Shown here piece by piece: positions 27,127-41,280 of a stretch of DNA of 64,000 nt (the stretch's first letter is position 1; the number at the start of each line of letters is the position of its first letter). Where the stretch lies: the NCBI RefSeq assembly GCF_009914755.1, contig NC_060929.1; one strand, given 5' to 3'. Source of the stretch: the human T2T-CHM13v2.0 reference genome, Homo sapiens. The notes under the pieces were generated by a model. That model was not told the origin of the DNA. It worked only from the letters and a program-made list of their open reading frames with translations, and searched no databases. The translations under genes were made by a program, and so were the position numbers.

Positions 27127-27217
27127 AAACAAGGACCACTAGCCCTGATATGCAGGCTCTACAATAAAAATCAAATCTAATATATTATGCGGGAAAAAAA
27201 CAAACAAGGACCACTAG
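27127..27217 (+). mobile_element. 59-bp retrotransposed insert with AATAAA and an A tail, flanked by a 16-bp TSD
   Basis: aaacaaggaccactag at 27127-27142 and 27202-27217; AATAAA at 27163-27168; A tract at 27194-27200. Confidence 0.75.
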
Positions 27218-29354
27218 AGCCTACTCTCTGCTTCCCCGTTGATGCAAGGGTATTGCACTTTTTCAGAGGTTCACACTCTACATGGCAAAGAATGGTACAT
27301 GGCCTAAGAGAAGAAAAAATGATGTCTCTATAGTAACTGTGATCATTTCTATTATAATTATTTGATAAAAACCCAACTCAATTTTCCTGAAGGAAAAAAA
27401 ATCAAGAAGCCATTGGCCCACATAACTGAAGGGTTCAGAGGTGATCTAGCATCAGGCATAAATAAATCCAGAAGGCCCGTGGTGACAACACAGGTCTGTC
27501 TCGCTGGATCAGTTTCCCCCTTCCATTCTCTTGTTCCTCCTTTCTCACTCTGTCTGGTCCTGCTCTGCCTCAAATTTGGCTTTATTTTGATTTCAGAGCT
27601 GAGATCAAAGTTATGAGTAATAAGTCTGGCTACATATAATTTTTGACATTAAAAAAAAAAAAACATATATGAAGAAGAAGCTTACTCTCAGTCAAGCCCT
27701 TTACCCATGGCAGCTTCCACAAATCTCGATTTCTGTCCCTCCAGTTCTTAGTCCACCAAAGTCATTTTCTTTCTTACAGCAGTCTCACAAAAAGCCTTGT
27801 GATTGAGGCTTACTGGACCCAGGCTTGAACTAAGTTCAGTAGCCAGGGGGATTTCCTTGACTAGGCCTTTACCATGGGCCCTTCCAAGGAATCAAGAGAG
27901 AGTTGGCGTGCTCAAACCACCTGGGACTCACAATGGGAGAAGGGTGAATACACAGGAGAAATGTGGGCTCCGTTACAACATGAAGAGTTAGATGTTGGGC
28001 TGGACAAAGTAAGGAATCCCCAGTGCAAACTCTGCAGGTGCAGAGAGAAAGAGATCTCATCCATCTGGGGATATAAGAGGATTTTCAAGAAGGTATGATT
28101 AGGGATGAGTCTTGGAGGATTGGCTAGTTAAGAGGAGATATAAAATAAATTTAATTTTGTTGAAACATAATTCATGTCCTCCAGGACCTCCTCCATAGTT
28201 ATGAATCTAAGAAGCTACTTAATCTATTTGGTGCTTAAATAAAAATGTTTTGATTTCATAAATAAAGATTTTGTTTATAATAAAAGAGACTGTATCATTC
28301 AGATACTCAGATAAGCAGGTCTCTATCATCAGGTATAATGATATCTTTTAAAGTGAGAGCCTCCCAAACTTTAGTAATTATTTCCTCACATGAGCATTCC
28401 AGTATTTTCATGAAACTCTAAAAAGTGAGAATTTATGATACTTAGAAGCAGTTTGATGTTGGGAAAATATTTATTTTTGGCACTGGCCTTCCATGTAACT
28501 GTAGGCAAGTCATTTAAGTGGTTTACTTATTTCTAAAATGGAGATGATATTGGCCAGTAATAACAATGACTGATAATAAAGTTGTTGTAAATGGCAAAGG
28601 AAATAATGCAAATGAAATAGCAAGTACTATACAAATAAGTGTGAGATGGTGTCATTGTACAGTTTTCAAAGTAATATCTTATATGAGGAAATTAGTTGAT
28701 AATGGGAGGGTTTGTTTCTTTGCATGGCAAGCCATCTCCATTTTATCTTCATTAAATTCACCACCAGAGCTTATTATAATAATTTAGCATTATGGGTAAA
28801 ATTGTGTTAGTGTTTACTTTGGAAATATATAAACCTGGTGGCTTCTATATCTGGAATACTTCCAGGAATTAAGGAAAAGGTGAAGGGAGCAGCTTCCAGG
28901 CACCTAACAATAACAGCCCTATGGCCATGGGGGCAAAACCTTTTCCTCATGCAGTAATGGGGATTACTCATAGGCTAGCAGAAATGGTCCAAACCAACCA
29001 TCTGAAGAAGGAACCAAGTGCACGGAAAAAAGCAAGAAATTTTACAAAGGAAAGGGGAAAGTGGAAACAAAAGAGAGGAGAGCAACAGATGCAAATGCAA
29101 GGGACTACTACAGTGCAGTGGAAATTAGAGCCAGAGGCGGAAGCTGTGAACCACACATGGAAACATTGATTTTGGTGAGGGAGGGGGGAGATGAAGGGGA
29201 GTGATAGTATACCTACTAGATTCGACTCCAGAGCAGAATGTTTCCCAACAACCCTTCCTATAGATGGCCAAGCTATTTTCATTAATAATTGTGATGTGGA
29301 ATGAATAATAATAGCCTGAAACAAACACAGTAAAAATCTTCTTTTACTGAACTT

Positions 29355-29450
29355 TGTGTGTGTGTGTGTATGTGTATATATAAAACCTTGTGTATATATA
29401 CACACACACAAAGTTTAATAAAAGATTTATATATATATAATCATTATATA
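29355..29450. repeat. (TG)n/(TA)n/(CA)n compound microsatellite
   Basis: Direct reading. Confidence 0.85.
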
Positions 29451-29861
29451 TGTAATTAATTGTTAGTAATTGTTAGAATTTACACTAAGAAAAGATTTTT
29501 TGAGGGCAGGAGTATTTTATCATTGACATTGTTTTGATTCTCATGTTTGCTAGCACATGGCAATAATAGAAAAATATTTAGAGTGTTTTATTATTGTTCT
29601 AAAATTCTGTATGTCCAATGCACATTCTTATTGCTTGTACCTGAGGGAGAACCCTGTCACAAATGGAGGGGAGTCAGCAGCCCAAACAGAAAAATATTTG
29701 GTTCACTCTGCAGAGAAGGGACACACAGCCTCACACCTCTCAGTGGGCCCTAAGGGCTTTGCTGAACTGTACAGCCTGTGGATACAATACCAAAAGAGAA
29801 ATTTCTTCAGAATTCCCTCAGAGGAAAAGCTTCTCTTATGTTTCCTACTTTAAGAATTCCT

Positions 29862-30135
<274 letters not shown>

Positions 30136-31224
30136 TTCCTAAGTGTTACAGACTTCATTTTGCCACTTTTTTTTTTTTTTTGCTTTGGCAGAGTACAGAA
30201 TAAGTAAATGTACACACACATATACACATGCACACATACATATAGTTTGTAGTCCCAGTGTGGGGAGCTTTTAAAAGTCTGATTTCTGAACCTTATCTCT
30301 GGAGAGACTCACTAAGTCTGGGATGAGGACCAAGAATCTACATTTTAAAAGCATCTGTGTATTTCTGATGGTCATCTAGGTGGAGGAATCATTGGTGATG
30401 AATTTGCATTTTTCTAGCTCTATGCTTGTAATATTCCACTTCAATTAAATATCTATGGTCCTGATTATACATTTCTATTGTGTGAGTTTATTGTCTATCT
30501 TCTTATTTTATCTTGGAGATCACCTTAATATAGAATTGGAATTTAATTGTTAGGAGAATAAAATCCTCTTTCTCCTTTCCTGAAACCATGATTTCTCCCA
30601 AGTATAAATGCAGAATGTGAAGCCTCTGGTTTGAGAGGTCATAAATCAGCAGCAAGTTTCTCAGCAGGGTGTATATTAAAATGGAAGGCCTTCTATTCTT
30701 ACAGCAGGTCACTAAAGTTATACCAGCAAATGCAATGAAAATTCACAGTGCTTTTTACACCCTCATATATTACTAGATTCTCCCTTAGAAGTGTATAAAA
30801 CTGTTTTCTCTACTTAAATAATGCCCCCCATTTTTTTCTTTTTCTTTTCTTTCCTTTTTTTTTTGTGGTTCTTCAGACAGAATTTACAATTTAAAAGAAA
30901 ACAGAGGAAGAAAAGTAGAAAAAAAGCTGGCATGACACAAAACAAAACACAGAAGCTTGTGGGAACCATGATAACTTACTGATTTTTCTGGCTGCAAGAT
31001 TGTATGAAACAAAAAATAGCAATATATAACACTTCCAGTTTCCCCCCGAAGCAGGCATGACCAAGCTCGTTGTGGTCCAGATTGTCTAACCAGTTATGCT
31101 TTAAAAAAAAAAAACATTCTTCTGTTGTCTGTGTCTTTACTAAACCTCAAATGCCAGTCGGTGTGAATATTCACCAATCTATTCAGTTTCATCATGTAAG
31201 AATCACTGTTTTTAATTATTTATT

Positions 31225-31540
31225 AAAAAAACATTTATTAAGTGTTAAGTATTATAGACAAAGGACTAAATGATGCTTTAATTCTCGTAACGTCTCTATG
31301 AAAGTGGTTTTCCCCCCATTTTACAGATGGAGAAAGTGAGGCGCAGAGGAGTTCAGTTACTTTCTCAAATGATTCAGCTAATGTATTTCTTGTATTTTGA
31401 TGTATGGATGTATCACCACTGGGAACTTATTTAAAATGCTGATTACTCCTAGGGATTCCCCTTCAGTAGGTTCTGTGGAGCCCAGGAATCTGCATTGCTA
31501 ACAAGCACCAGGTGAACCTGATGCAGATAGTTCATTTAGA
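31225..31540. mobile_element. MIR (-) followed by a MER5-like fragment
   Basis: cccattttacagatggagaaagtgaggcgcagag; cccaggaatctgcattgctaacaagcacca. Confidence 0.75.
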
Positions 31541-31550
31541 AAAAGATTAT

Positions 31551-31915
31551 TGATATGGTTTGGCTGTGTCCCCGCCCTAATCTCATCTTGAATCGTAGTT
31601 CCCATAACTCCCATGTGTTGTGGGAGACACCCGGTGGGAGGTATTTGAACCATGGGGGCGGGTTTTTCCCATGCTATTCTCAGGATAGTGAGTAAGTCTC
31701 CTGAGATCTGATGGTTTTGTAAAGGGGAGTTCCCCTACACATGCTCTCTTTGCCTGTCACCATGTAAGATGTGATTTTGCTCCTCCTTTGCCTTTTGCCA
31801 TGATTGTGGGGCCTCCCCAGCCATGTGGAACTGTTAGTCAATTAAACCTCTTTCCTTTATAAATTACCCAGTTTCGGGTATGTCTTTATTAGCAGTATAA
31901 GAACGGACTAATATA
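31551..31915 (+). mobile_element. THE1 (C-like) solo LTR
   Basis: tgatatggtttggctgtgtcccc...gaacggactaatata; TSD attat/cttat. Confidence 0.94.
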
Positions 31916-33084
31916 CTTATAGAATACTATGGGTTTCCCACTCTGAAAGACAGCTCAGAGTTCAGGACATGAAGGAAGTCCTCACCCTGTTCCATTTCCA
32001 TTCTATCACCTGGCATTTGTCCCCTCAGAACTCAGGCCATAGGAAGCCACACTCCAGCCTACCCATCCTGGCCTGCTGTGTAACTTTCAACCAAAAGTTT
32101 TCTTAACTATAGTTGTGTAACTTAAAAAGTGGTTACTGAAACTGCATGTTGTACTTCATTCTGGGTGAAGGGCCAAGAGTTGTGAAAATTATTGAGAGAG
32201 TGGGAGCTGACAGAGAGGCTCAGGAGAAAAGAAGACAGGTATAGCTTTATCTGTCTCACTGGGCCTCCCAACCCATAGGCCTTCCATTCCCTTCTAATGG
32301 TGATTTCCATTAAACAGCAGCACACTCACTCACTGGGAGCTGATGCAAAGAAATTCTACAGTGGTGGTAGAAAGAAAGATAGGAGGTAGGGCAGAAGTGT
32401 GGGCATAAGATATAGAGAAAGAGAAAAAAGCAGGAAAAAAGAAGTGAAAAAAAAGGCAGTGGCTGTGTAGATGGGGGGATCTTGTTAATAGAGTGAACCA
32501 TGGTTAAGGTTAACAGCACATTGTTCAGACCACCAAAGGTTTGACTGTATTCTCTATAATTCCTAGGACAACTGCAAATTACTAGCTCCAGGAAAATTAC
32601 TCCTCTCAGATCTGCATCTCCTCCAATCAGGTTCACTGATATCATAGCTTTTCCCAACAGATGACCTTTCCCTGTGATTTTGAGATAAAGTGATTGGAAG
32701 GTGGGAAATAAAAATCTAACAGGGTCTGGGGTTCTCCAAAGCCTTTTAGTGTTAGATTTTATGGTGTTTGCTCCAAGTGGTATAAATACCTTTAGGAATC
32801 TCCTCACCTATGAAATTAGAAACTTCTTGGACCATCTTTGAAGAAAGTGTTACACAGGTTACAGAAACACGGTATGTAGAAACACTATATGTAGCATTAG
32901 AGAAATGCTAAGTTGGGCTTTAACACCCATGGCAGATACATGACACTTGGCATGTCATGTAATTTTTCTGTCCTTCAGTTTACCCAGCTATAACATGGAG
33001 GTTATAATCCACCACCCAGAGTGGTGGAGAAGACTAAGTGAATAATTATTTAATACAGAACCTGACAGATAGAAGGTATATCAG

Positions 33085-33535
33085 GATGTAACAGGGCCCT
33101 GGCAGGAAACAGAAGCCATCCCACATGAGTCAAAGGAAGAGAATTGTAAAGAGATTATTTACAAAAGTGTTGGCAGGAATATAAAAATGGGATGGCGAGG
33201 CACCTGGAGACTGTCATGCAGGAAACCATTACTACTCATAGCTGAAGGCAAAGAAGATAGAAAGAGTATCTATCTCCGGTGAGTGCAGGAGCTGTGGAGG
33301 AGAAGCCTGTAAGAGCTATAGCCTGGAGAAACCCAGCTACTGCCAGAGAAGCAGGAGCAAGAGACCTTTTCCTCTTCCCAGCGTATGAGCTGCTGCTGGA
33401 GGTTCCTATGGCCAAACTCAACTGGAAGGCACATGAGAAAGAAGCCTAGATGGTAGAGTTCATAGCAGTCATCTTCCCTGGGCACAGAGATAGGCATGGA
33501 ATGGATGGGAAGGAGGAGGTGCAGAGGGGTTATTC
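33085..33535. mobile_element. Old MaLR LTR (MLT1M/N-like)
   Basis: cagggccctggcaggaaacaga and cctatggccaaactcaactggaaggca motifs. Confidence 0.5.
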
Positions 33536-33569
33536 AATAAAGTCATTTCTACCTTTCATTTCTGACCCA

Positions 33570-33571
<2 letters not shown>

Positions 33572-33608
<37 letters not shown>
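33572..33608. repeat. (CA)n microsatellite
   Basis: About 18 uninterrupted units. Confidence 0.97.
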
Positions 33609-33612
<4 letters not shown>

Positions 33613-33934
33613 CCTTCCCTCATATTTCCAAACAAAACTGCATATGTAGTATTGTGAGAAGCAGGTGGTATTTAACTAATAATTCCACTAATGTTTATTT
33701 GCTAAGTCCAGTAATGAATTCAAGCTAAATATTGTTTCTTCTCCCAAAGTTCAGGGCCATTAGTGGCTATGTGTACTTGGCAAGACATATTAACTCTTGG
33801 ACTCAAATCCAGTTTTTTGGATACATAAATATCCTCTAGCTCACTGAGAGAGTTAATGTGCTTCCCTAAAGACCTTACTAACTGACTGGCAGTGAGTGAA
33901 TTCAGCACCAAGGATATCAGACTCCCTGGAAGAC

Positions 33935-33939
33935 AAAAA

Positions 33940-33980
<41 letters not shown>

Positions 33981-33992
33981 GAGAGAGAGAGA
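33935..33992. repeat. A-tract/(TA)n/(CA)n/(GA)n compound microsatellite
   Basis: Direct reading. Confidence 0.95.
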
Positions 33993-34659
33993 AATTTAAA
34001 AATTAGCAAGGAGCTCAGTGTGTAGTGCTGCTGCCTCTACTTCCCACTCACTGTTCTTCCCCAGGACTCCTTCTTTAGGTAATGGCTTCTCAGCAACTGG
34101 AGCTGCCTCCCGTTGGAAAAGATAAACGTCCTCCTTCCCTCCATAGAGATAGAGAAGAGTCAGATTGGTGGAGATGTCTGGACCTTGTGAGCCTACAGCA
34201 GGGACCAGCAAAGGAGCTATTCATGCTGTGGGTCTTGAGATGGAAGCAGAGGCATAACTGGAAAACAAGCGCTGTGAATCATTTGGTCAGTCTTGAAGTA
34301 TCATTTAGAGCTCCAAGAAAGAGGGAAATCTTTTAACCACAGGCCTACAGGACATCTGGAAATTCTATGGTCAAGGTATCCCCATTATGGTTTCTCCCAT
34401 AGGCAAGATAAGATTTGGCGACTAATTTGTGCTCGACTACAACAACATTAAATTGACATTTTAACTTCTGGTGCACAGGATAAAATAATAATTAGCATTA
34501 TAAATAATAGAGAGCACTTGTCAAATGCCTGGTGTAGTCCAGGCATGTGTCAAGAGTTTTTTTGTCCTAATTCTCACAACTCTTATGGCAGATACTATTA
34601 GGTTATTATATTAGACTATTAGATTATAACACATTAAACTTAAAGAGTAATCATTCAGA

Positions 34660-35955
34660 ACATACTCGGGGGGGGGCCTCCTCTTTACAGAAGAATGCCA
34701 GCTAATATAGGGAAAATGACACATAGAAAATCACAATTTTTCAACCATGATTGTAGTCATTGATTCAGGCAGAGGTCATCAATGGATGCTAAAACATCCT
34801 GGTTAAAAGTTGCTAGAGGATAGACTATAAGAGGTACAGTCTCAAAGCGTCATGCCACAGGTTAGTTTTTAATTACAAAGGGAAAAAAAGATACTTTTAC
34901 AATAGAAAAATCTAGCTGATGATATACTAACCAAGTGAGCAGAGTTAACCTCAGCAGTAATGAGACAAACTGACCTGATATGCCTCGTGATGGTTTGTCA
35001 TGGGAAGTGCTCAACATCATCATATATACAGGTTGAGCATCCCTAAACCAAAAATCCAAGATTCAAAATGCTCTGAAATCCAAAAGAGGACCAACATGAC
35101 ATCACAGGTAGAAAATTCCACACCTGACCTCATTTGATTGGTCATAATCAAAACTGATTCAAACTTTGTTTCATGAACAAAAAGTATTTAAAATATTGTA
35201 TAAAATTACCTTCAGGCTATGTGTATAAGTTGAGTATGAAACGTAAATGAATTTCATGTTTACACTTGGGTCCCATCCTGAAAGTATCTCATTATAGTTA
35301 TGCAAATATTTCAAAATCTGGAAAAACATTTGAAATCATAAACACTTCTTGTCCCCAGCAGTTTAGATAAGGTATACTAAACCTGTAGTATTCTTATTGA
35401 AATGTTTAACCTGAATCCAGTTGTGAGGAAACAGACAAATTCAGATTTGGGGACATTCTACAACTTGCCACAACTAGCTTGGACTATCCAAAAATATTAA
35501 CATAATAAAAAATGAAAAAGTTCGGGAGGAGTCTAAACTGAAAGACTGCTGAGACAATAGCTAAATGTAATAATGTGTGCTCCTTAACTGGATCCTGGGG
35601 GGAAGAAACATTAGGTATGAAGACATTACTGGGATAATTGGGGAAATTTGAATATGGGGTACATATTCATGTTACAGTATTCAGAGTCAGAGTTTCCTGG
35701 TTGATTTAGTGCAACTGAAGTTATGGAGGAGATGGTTTTCTATTCTTAGGAGATGTCTGTGAAGTGTTTAAGGGTCATCAAGTCTGCAACTTACTTTGAA
35801 ATAGATCAACAACCACTGCGAAGTGTTATATGAAAAGAGACAAAGCAAATGTGGCAAAATGTCCACAGCTGAGGAACTGAAGTGAAAACTAGATGTATGG
35901 CAACTTCTACTTGTCTACAGGCTTTAATTTTTTTTTTTAATGAAGAGTTGGGGAA
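34660..35955 (+). mobile_element. Old L1MC-like 3' region interrupted by a Tigger element
   Basis: agaatgccagctaat, attgattcaggc, caatggatgctaaa, ggggacattctaca, tggatcctgg, aaagcaaatgtggcaaaatgt motifs. Confidence 0.7.
35029..35385. mobile_element. Tigger4/MER46 (Zombi)-type Tc-mariner MITE
   Basis: TIRs caggttgagcatccctaa / ataaggtatactaaacctg with TA on both sides. Confidence 0.9.
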
Positions 35956-38900
35956 GAAAGGGTAGTATTACTGGTCCTACTTTTTCAAAATGTAAACCAA
36001 GCTTGAGGTGTCCCAGCTAGTACATGCTAGAGCTGATATTCAAGTCCAGGTCTTTCTGACTCTACTAACCCCTTCAATACATTTTGGCCTTAGAATAATC
36101 AATGTGAACACAATCAACGTGAAATGGTCTTTAAAATGTACGCCATTCATTTCTCTAAGTCCCTCATGACTGAAACAAACAAGGAATTGGGTTTGGTTTG
36201 CAGTTGTGCTGTGCTCCCCTCCACACCCCCACACTCTCAGTCTCCTCACTCAGGGAAGGAGAAAGGCACTTCCCTCTTATATGAATATTACTGAATTCAT
36301 TCCATGTCAATCATTAAGGCCTAATGTAAACTCTTGTAGCATGCTGGGATCTAAATGAATCCTGACTTTTCATCATCTCAGAACACAAAACCTAGGAGAT
36401 AAGAGAAGACAACTTTAAAGATAGCTTTAATAGAAGTCAATGTAATATACAGTTGTAGTTACACTGATAACACCTGAACAAAAAAAGAGTGAGAAAAAGG
36501 GCATTTCTTCAAATCAGTTGACTCCCTTTCTTCAAAGACATTATCAGCTATTTATGCAAACAATGATTTATTTTACCTGGTATATATGAAGTGATTAATC
36601 ATATAACCTTACAGTATCCATCTTAGGTAATACGTGCTCCACGTCCATGAATTTCAACTAAGCTGCCTAGACTTCCCAGTGAGTGGTGTTTGGAAGTTTA
36701 AATTTTTACACCTTATGTTGCTACCTAATACAATTCTTTGGCATTTGAGCCAGATTCTTATTTAAATGTCTTCAGTCAATATAACTAGTCATAAAGCAAA
36801 CTCATTCTTTGGTGGTTATGAGAAGCAGCCTCACTTCTCTCTTTGTTTGCACCCTACATTTAGTTTTTGAATTTTATAAATTGCTGACAACAGCCAGATC
36901 TTTTTTTGGAAAGTGATTTAGGCAGGCAGGAGGGAAACGCTCACAGTAAGCTAGTGGTGTCATTAGCAATTTTGTTCTTTATAGAACAGGAAACTATAAT
37001 CAGTGTTTTTAAGCTATTAATTCTATAGGCTAGTACTTCCCTCCCACTAGGAAATGCTTATTTTCTCCACCCCTGAAGATGGGTGTTTTTTAATGTTTAA
37101 GCAAATCCCTGCCATGCCTTTGTCTCTGTAAGTATAATAGAAACGCTGTGCTTCTGTGCTGCCTGTGGCGCGCGCATCAGGGCATCCAGGTATAGCTTTG
37201 TGCTGCCTGTCAGCTGCCACACGTGGAGGGTGAAGGGCAGGGAAAATCACATTTTGTGGGGGACTGTCGACATTCTTCTGAATGGAATTCTTTGGCAAAC
37301 TTGAGGAAAAGGAAAAAAATAATGTGGGAGACTGGACAGAGTCAGGGTCCCCAGGGTGCCAAGTGTAGCTCAGAGTGACCATTGGTGAATCGCTTCATCT
37401 CCATGTGGAACTAAATGCAACTAAGTGATTTCTTAGGCTTTCCCCAGTCATTCTTAGTGAAAATATGGACTTCCCACATCAATTCTGAGTCACTTTCTTC
37501 CCACCTGGAATGATTACCATTTTTCTCATAGTCAGTGTATGCAGCAGCATATACCCTCATTTGCCTTTGGGTACATTCCTGAGTCAAGATACACAACAGG
37601 ATATCACTGGGGCTGCAAAAGCCCCCGCCCCAAAAGAGACTTGGAAATATTACGCTCTTCATGAGGAATGTGGCTGTGCCTCTCTTCTCCCCAGACCTCT
37701 TCCTTCTTACCAGCTGGGTTGCTTTCTTTCTTGGACTCTAGACAGTTTCTAGCAAAGATACAAGCCATTGAGGAACTGAGATAAGAAGCAGAAAGGCTAG
37801 GACCAGAAGTCTCAAGCAGGGTTCCAAGGATTACCTCTACAGTCCTGAGCAAGGCCATGTTTGCATGAAACGATGAACGATGGGATGAGGAAATGACAAC
37901 ATGCAGTATTTCATCATAGTGTAATCCATGAAGCTACTGACACGTGGCAGGGTGAAGCATGAGGCACTAGACTACATAGGACCTGTATGACATGAGAACT
38001 GATGGAAGCATATGAGCATCTGGGGCATCTCAGAGCCAAAGGTAAAATTAAAATCCAGCCAATCACTAAAGACTAGGTTCCTATGCAGACTTTGAATTTT
38101 TAAAATCCTGAAGTTCTTTATCATTGGACTACAGCATGGCATCATCCCGTACCCATGGTTATGGATAAGTATGAAAATTATGAGATTTGAAATTTATAAT
38201 TTAATCCCAGAAAGGGGATCTTCTATTTTCTGGCCAGAGGCCAACTCTCTGGAGATGTAACAAAGCCAACAGATTATGAGACCCTCATTGGTTTGCTTGA
38301 AGCAGAGCTCTTGAAATGTTGCAATGTAAATAACTTGTAATACCAGGACCACTTTGTCAGCAACCAGCAAAGGCTGCTTAGGGATATAGTGAATCTGCTC
38401 CTCAAGTAAATCCTGAGAAATTTAATGTCCTCCAAGCTTTCAGCTTTCTAGCTATGGCTCCTTTAGCAACTGCTACTGACTTCATGCCACAACAACAAGA
38501 ACAAAAATATGGAGCTGCATTCTTTTCCATTCTCCATAAAACCAGCATCCAAACTGCATTAATATGGATGTGTGAACATTTAGCACTGACATACATTGTT
38601 CTTACTGAGGAAAGCATTAGACAAAATATTTTCTCAATGAATCATTAGAGTAATATAACTAAGAGAATATTATATACATTTAGAAGTTTTTTTAATCTAA
38701 AGCATGAGAAAATACTGTATTTGAAAGTTAGAAAACTGCATTTAGTTATACTAAATCAATCTGACTTTCACTCATCCTCACAAACCCCCTTTACCTTCAT
38801 TTTGAATTAGAGAGCTTCTTATTGTTATATTATTTATAATGGAACTGGTATTCCTGGCTGGCTAATGGGCGAGCACACATTAATTCCAGGTTCAAAGGAA

Positions 38901-39289
38901 GACAAAGACCCTCTTCAGGGTTCTTTATTGTTTGTGCATCTGAGAAAATGCATTTATAGTGCAGTGACTCTGTGTGCACACTCCCAAAGGACAGAGAAAT
39001 CATGCAGAAACTTCACATGCAGAGTTTGCAGAAAGAAATGTCAACTCATACCTAACGGCCACGGCTGCTGACATAAGAATGACAATAATTAGACTGGTAC
39101 ATATTAGAAGTTGCAACTGTTCTTAGAAGTAGGTATTTAATTAATGGCTTGATTTCATCATCTACTAAGAGATGGGTCTAAAAAGTATTTTCTAGCCTTT
39201 TTTGATGGGCTAAGAATCTGTACGGAGGATTGCTCTAGGTGTGAAATATAGCAATAGGTGAGATCACATAAGGGTATGTACTGAATTCA

Positions 39290-39760
39290 CACAGGTTTAG
39301 ATAAGAATCCTGAATTAGGTGATTTAAAGTCTAAGCTACAATAATAAAAAGACCCTACAATACAAGGCTAAATGACACAAGACATTGCCTTCTATTTCAC
39401 TTCATAGGACAACTGGACTAAGCTAGGAGATTGTCCACAAGATCATTCAGGGACACAAGTTCTTTCCAGCTTGCTACTGAAGTCTTCACTGGGATATTAA
39501 CATCATCTGCATGGTGAAAGCTGGCTTGTAGCCTTAGCTACAAGGCTAGGGCACAGAGGCAGTCCAGGGCAAACACTTGCCTTTGAGGGTAGTAAGACAA
39601 AGGTAGTACCTATCTATTCTGCTCTCATTCCATTGACCAGAGCTTAGTCATATAGCCATATTGAGCTATGTAGAGGCTGGGAAATGGTGTCTGGCTGGTG
39701 ACCATGCCCCTAAGAAGAAGAAAACTAGTTTGGAAGAGACAAATAGCAGTCTACTGTCAG
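39290..39760 (-). mobile_element. MLT1J/K-like MaLR LTR
   Basis: ctgctctcattccattgaccagagcttagtcatatagcca and gaggctgggaaatg motifs. Confidence 0.65.
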
Positions 39761-40353
39761 ACTTGGACTTTTCACTATTGAGTCAGTATTATTTTCAACT
39801 GGGCTTCTGATGTCAGAAGCACTAAACTGGCAAGCTCCATTTCTGGGAAAAGCTGTTAATGAAGTGAGATAGATTTGCTGCACTAGGCTAAAATTTTAGG
39901 TTTGTGGTTTTTACTGATGAGCTTAAAAATGCTTTTTTATTTTTATTTCAGAGACTGTCAAAAGTGAAAGGTAGCTTTTGATATATGAGAATCAGTTAGA
40001 CTTCCATTGAGGTATTCAACAAACTTACAACTATACTTATACTGCTCACTACCAGAAATAAATTAATTTTCTTAGAAAACCAGCTCTATGTCTGTAAAAA
40101 TAAAAATAAATTCTGATTTTTCTATGCCAGTCCATTTTCTCATGAACAGCCTGTTCTGCAAATCATCCGGGACTTTGTTAGTGTCATATCTGCTTCACAG
40201 CTTGAGGTGGGTGATTGATTGTGCAGTCAGGTTGAAAAGGACCAATCCTTGACAGAAGATGGCTAGGGGATCAGGGAGATAAAGGCATCTGGAACAATGA
40301 ACTTTAAAAGAACTCAGTCTGTTCTCTGGGCTTCTTAAAAATATGAAATTCTT

Positions 40354-40649
<296 letters not shown>

Positions 40650-41242
40650 TGAAATTCTTAAAAACTATCAGGATCTTTAGCTAATTATTCTTTCTCTAAA
40701 TCCCTTTATCTGTAGGTAGATTTATTCAATAGAAATCACTGGTGGCATGTCTTAAGATCACCAACTTTCTTTTCCTTTCCTTTCTAGGATAGCTGGCAAT
40801 AAGTAGTGACCAGCTATATTTTTTAATTGTCTCCACATTCAAATGCCAGGAGCCCCATGGATTTTAATCAGGTTTTAGAAGCAGGCTGTTTTCTTTCTTG
40901 TGTGTTGTGCATTCCTATTGCCTCCCCCAGGCCTCTAATCTTGCAGAGTCCCCAGAAATTGCTCCATTCAGGAATGAATTGTTCCATTCAGATTTCTTCC
41001 TTCACAGGCACACTCTCAACCCAGGGAGGGACATGAGCAAGCCACTCAGGACTGAGCATTAAATCACAAGTTCACAGTTGCTTTCTTACACCCAGAGAGG
41101 CTTTTGTCTTATTTAGCACCATTGCTAACACATCTTTAGCACCTTATTTGCAATACAGGCAAGTTTAGGAAAGAATGTTAATATAAAGCTGGTTTGGCCT
41201 GAATGCCAGGGAGAGAAAGTCACAGTACACAGTGGGGTGCAT

Positions 41243-41243
<1 letters not shown>

Positions 41244-41280
<37 letters not shown>
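41244..41280. repeat. (TG)n(TATG)n microsatellite
   Basis: Direct reading. Confidence 0.9.

Noticed and set aside
32310-32807. 165-aa ORF on the - strand
   Set aside because: No recognisable domain, non-ATG start, and composition driven by a purine-rich tract; consistent with a chance ORF.
39952-39970. Possible neural microexon after TGC, a T tract and tttcag
   Set aside because: 19 nt is not frame-preserving, and the donor GTAGCT is weak.
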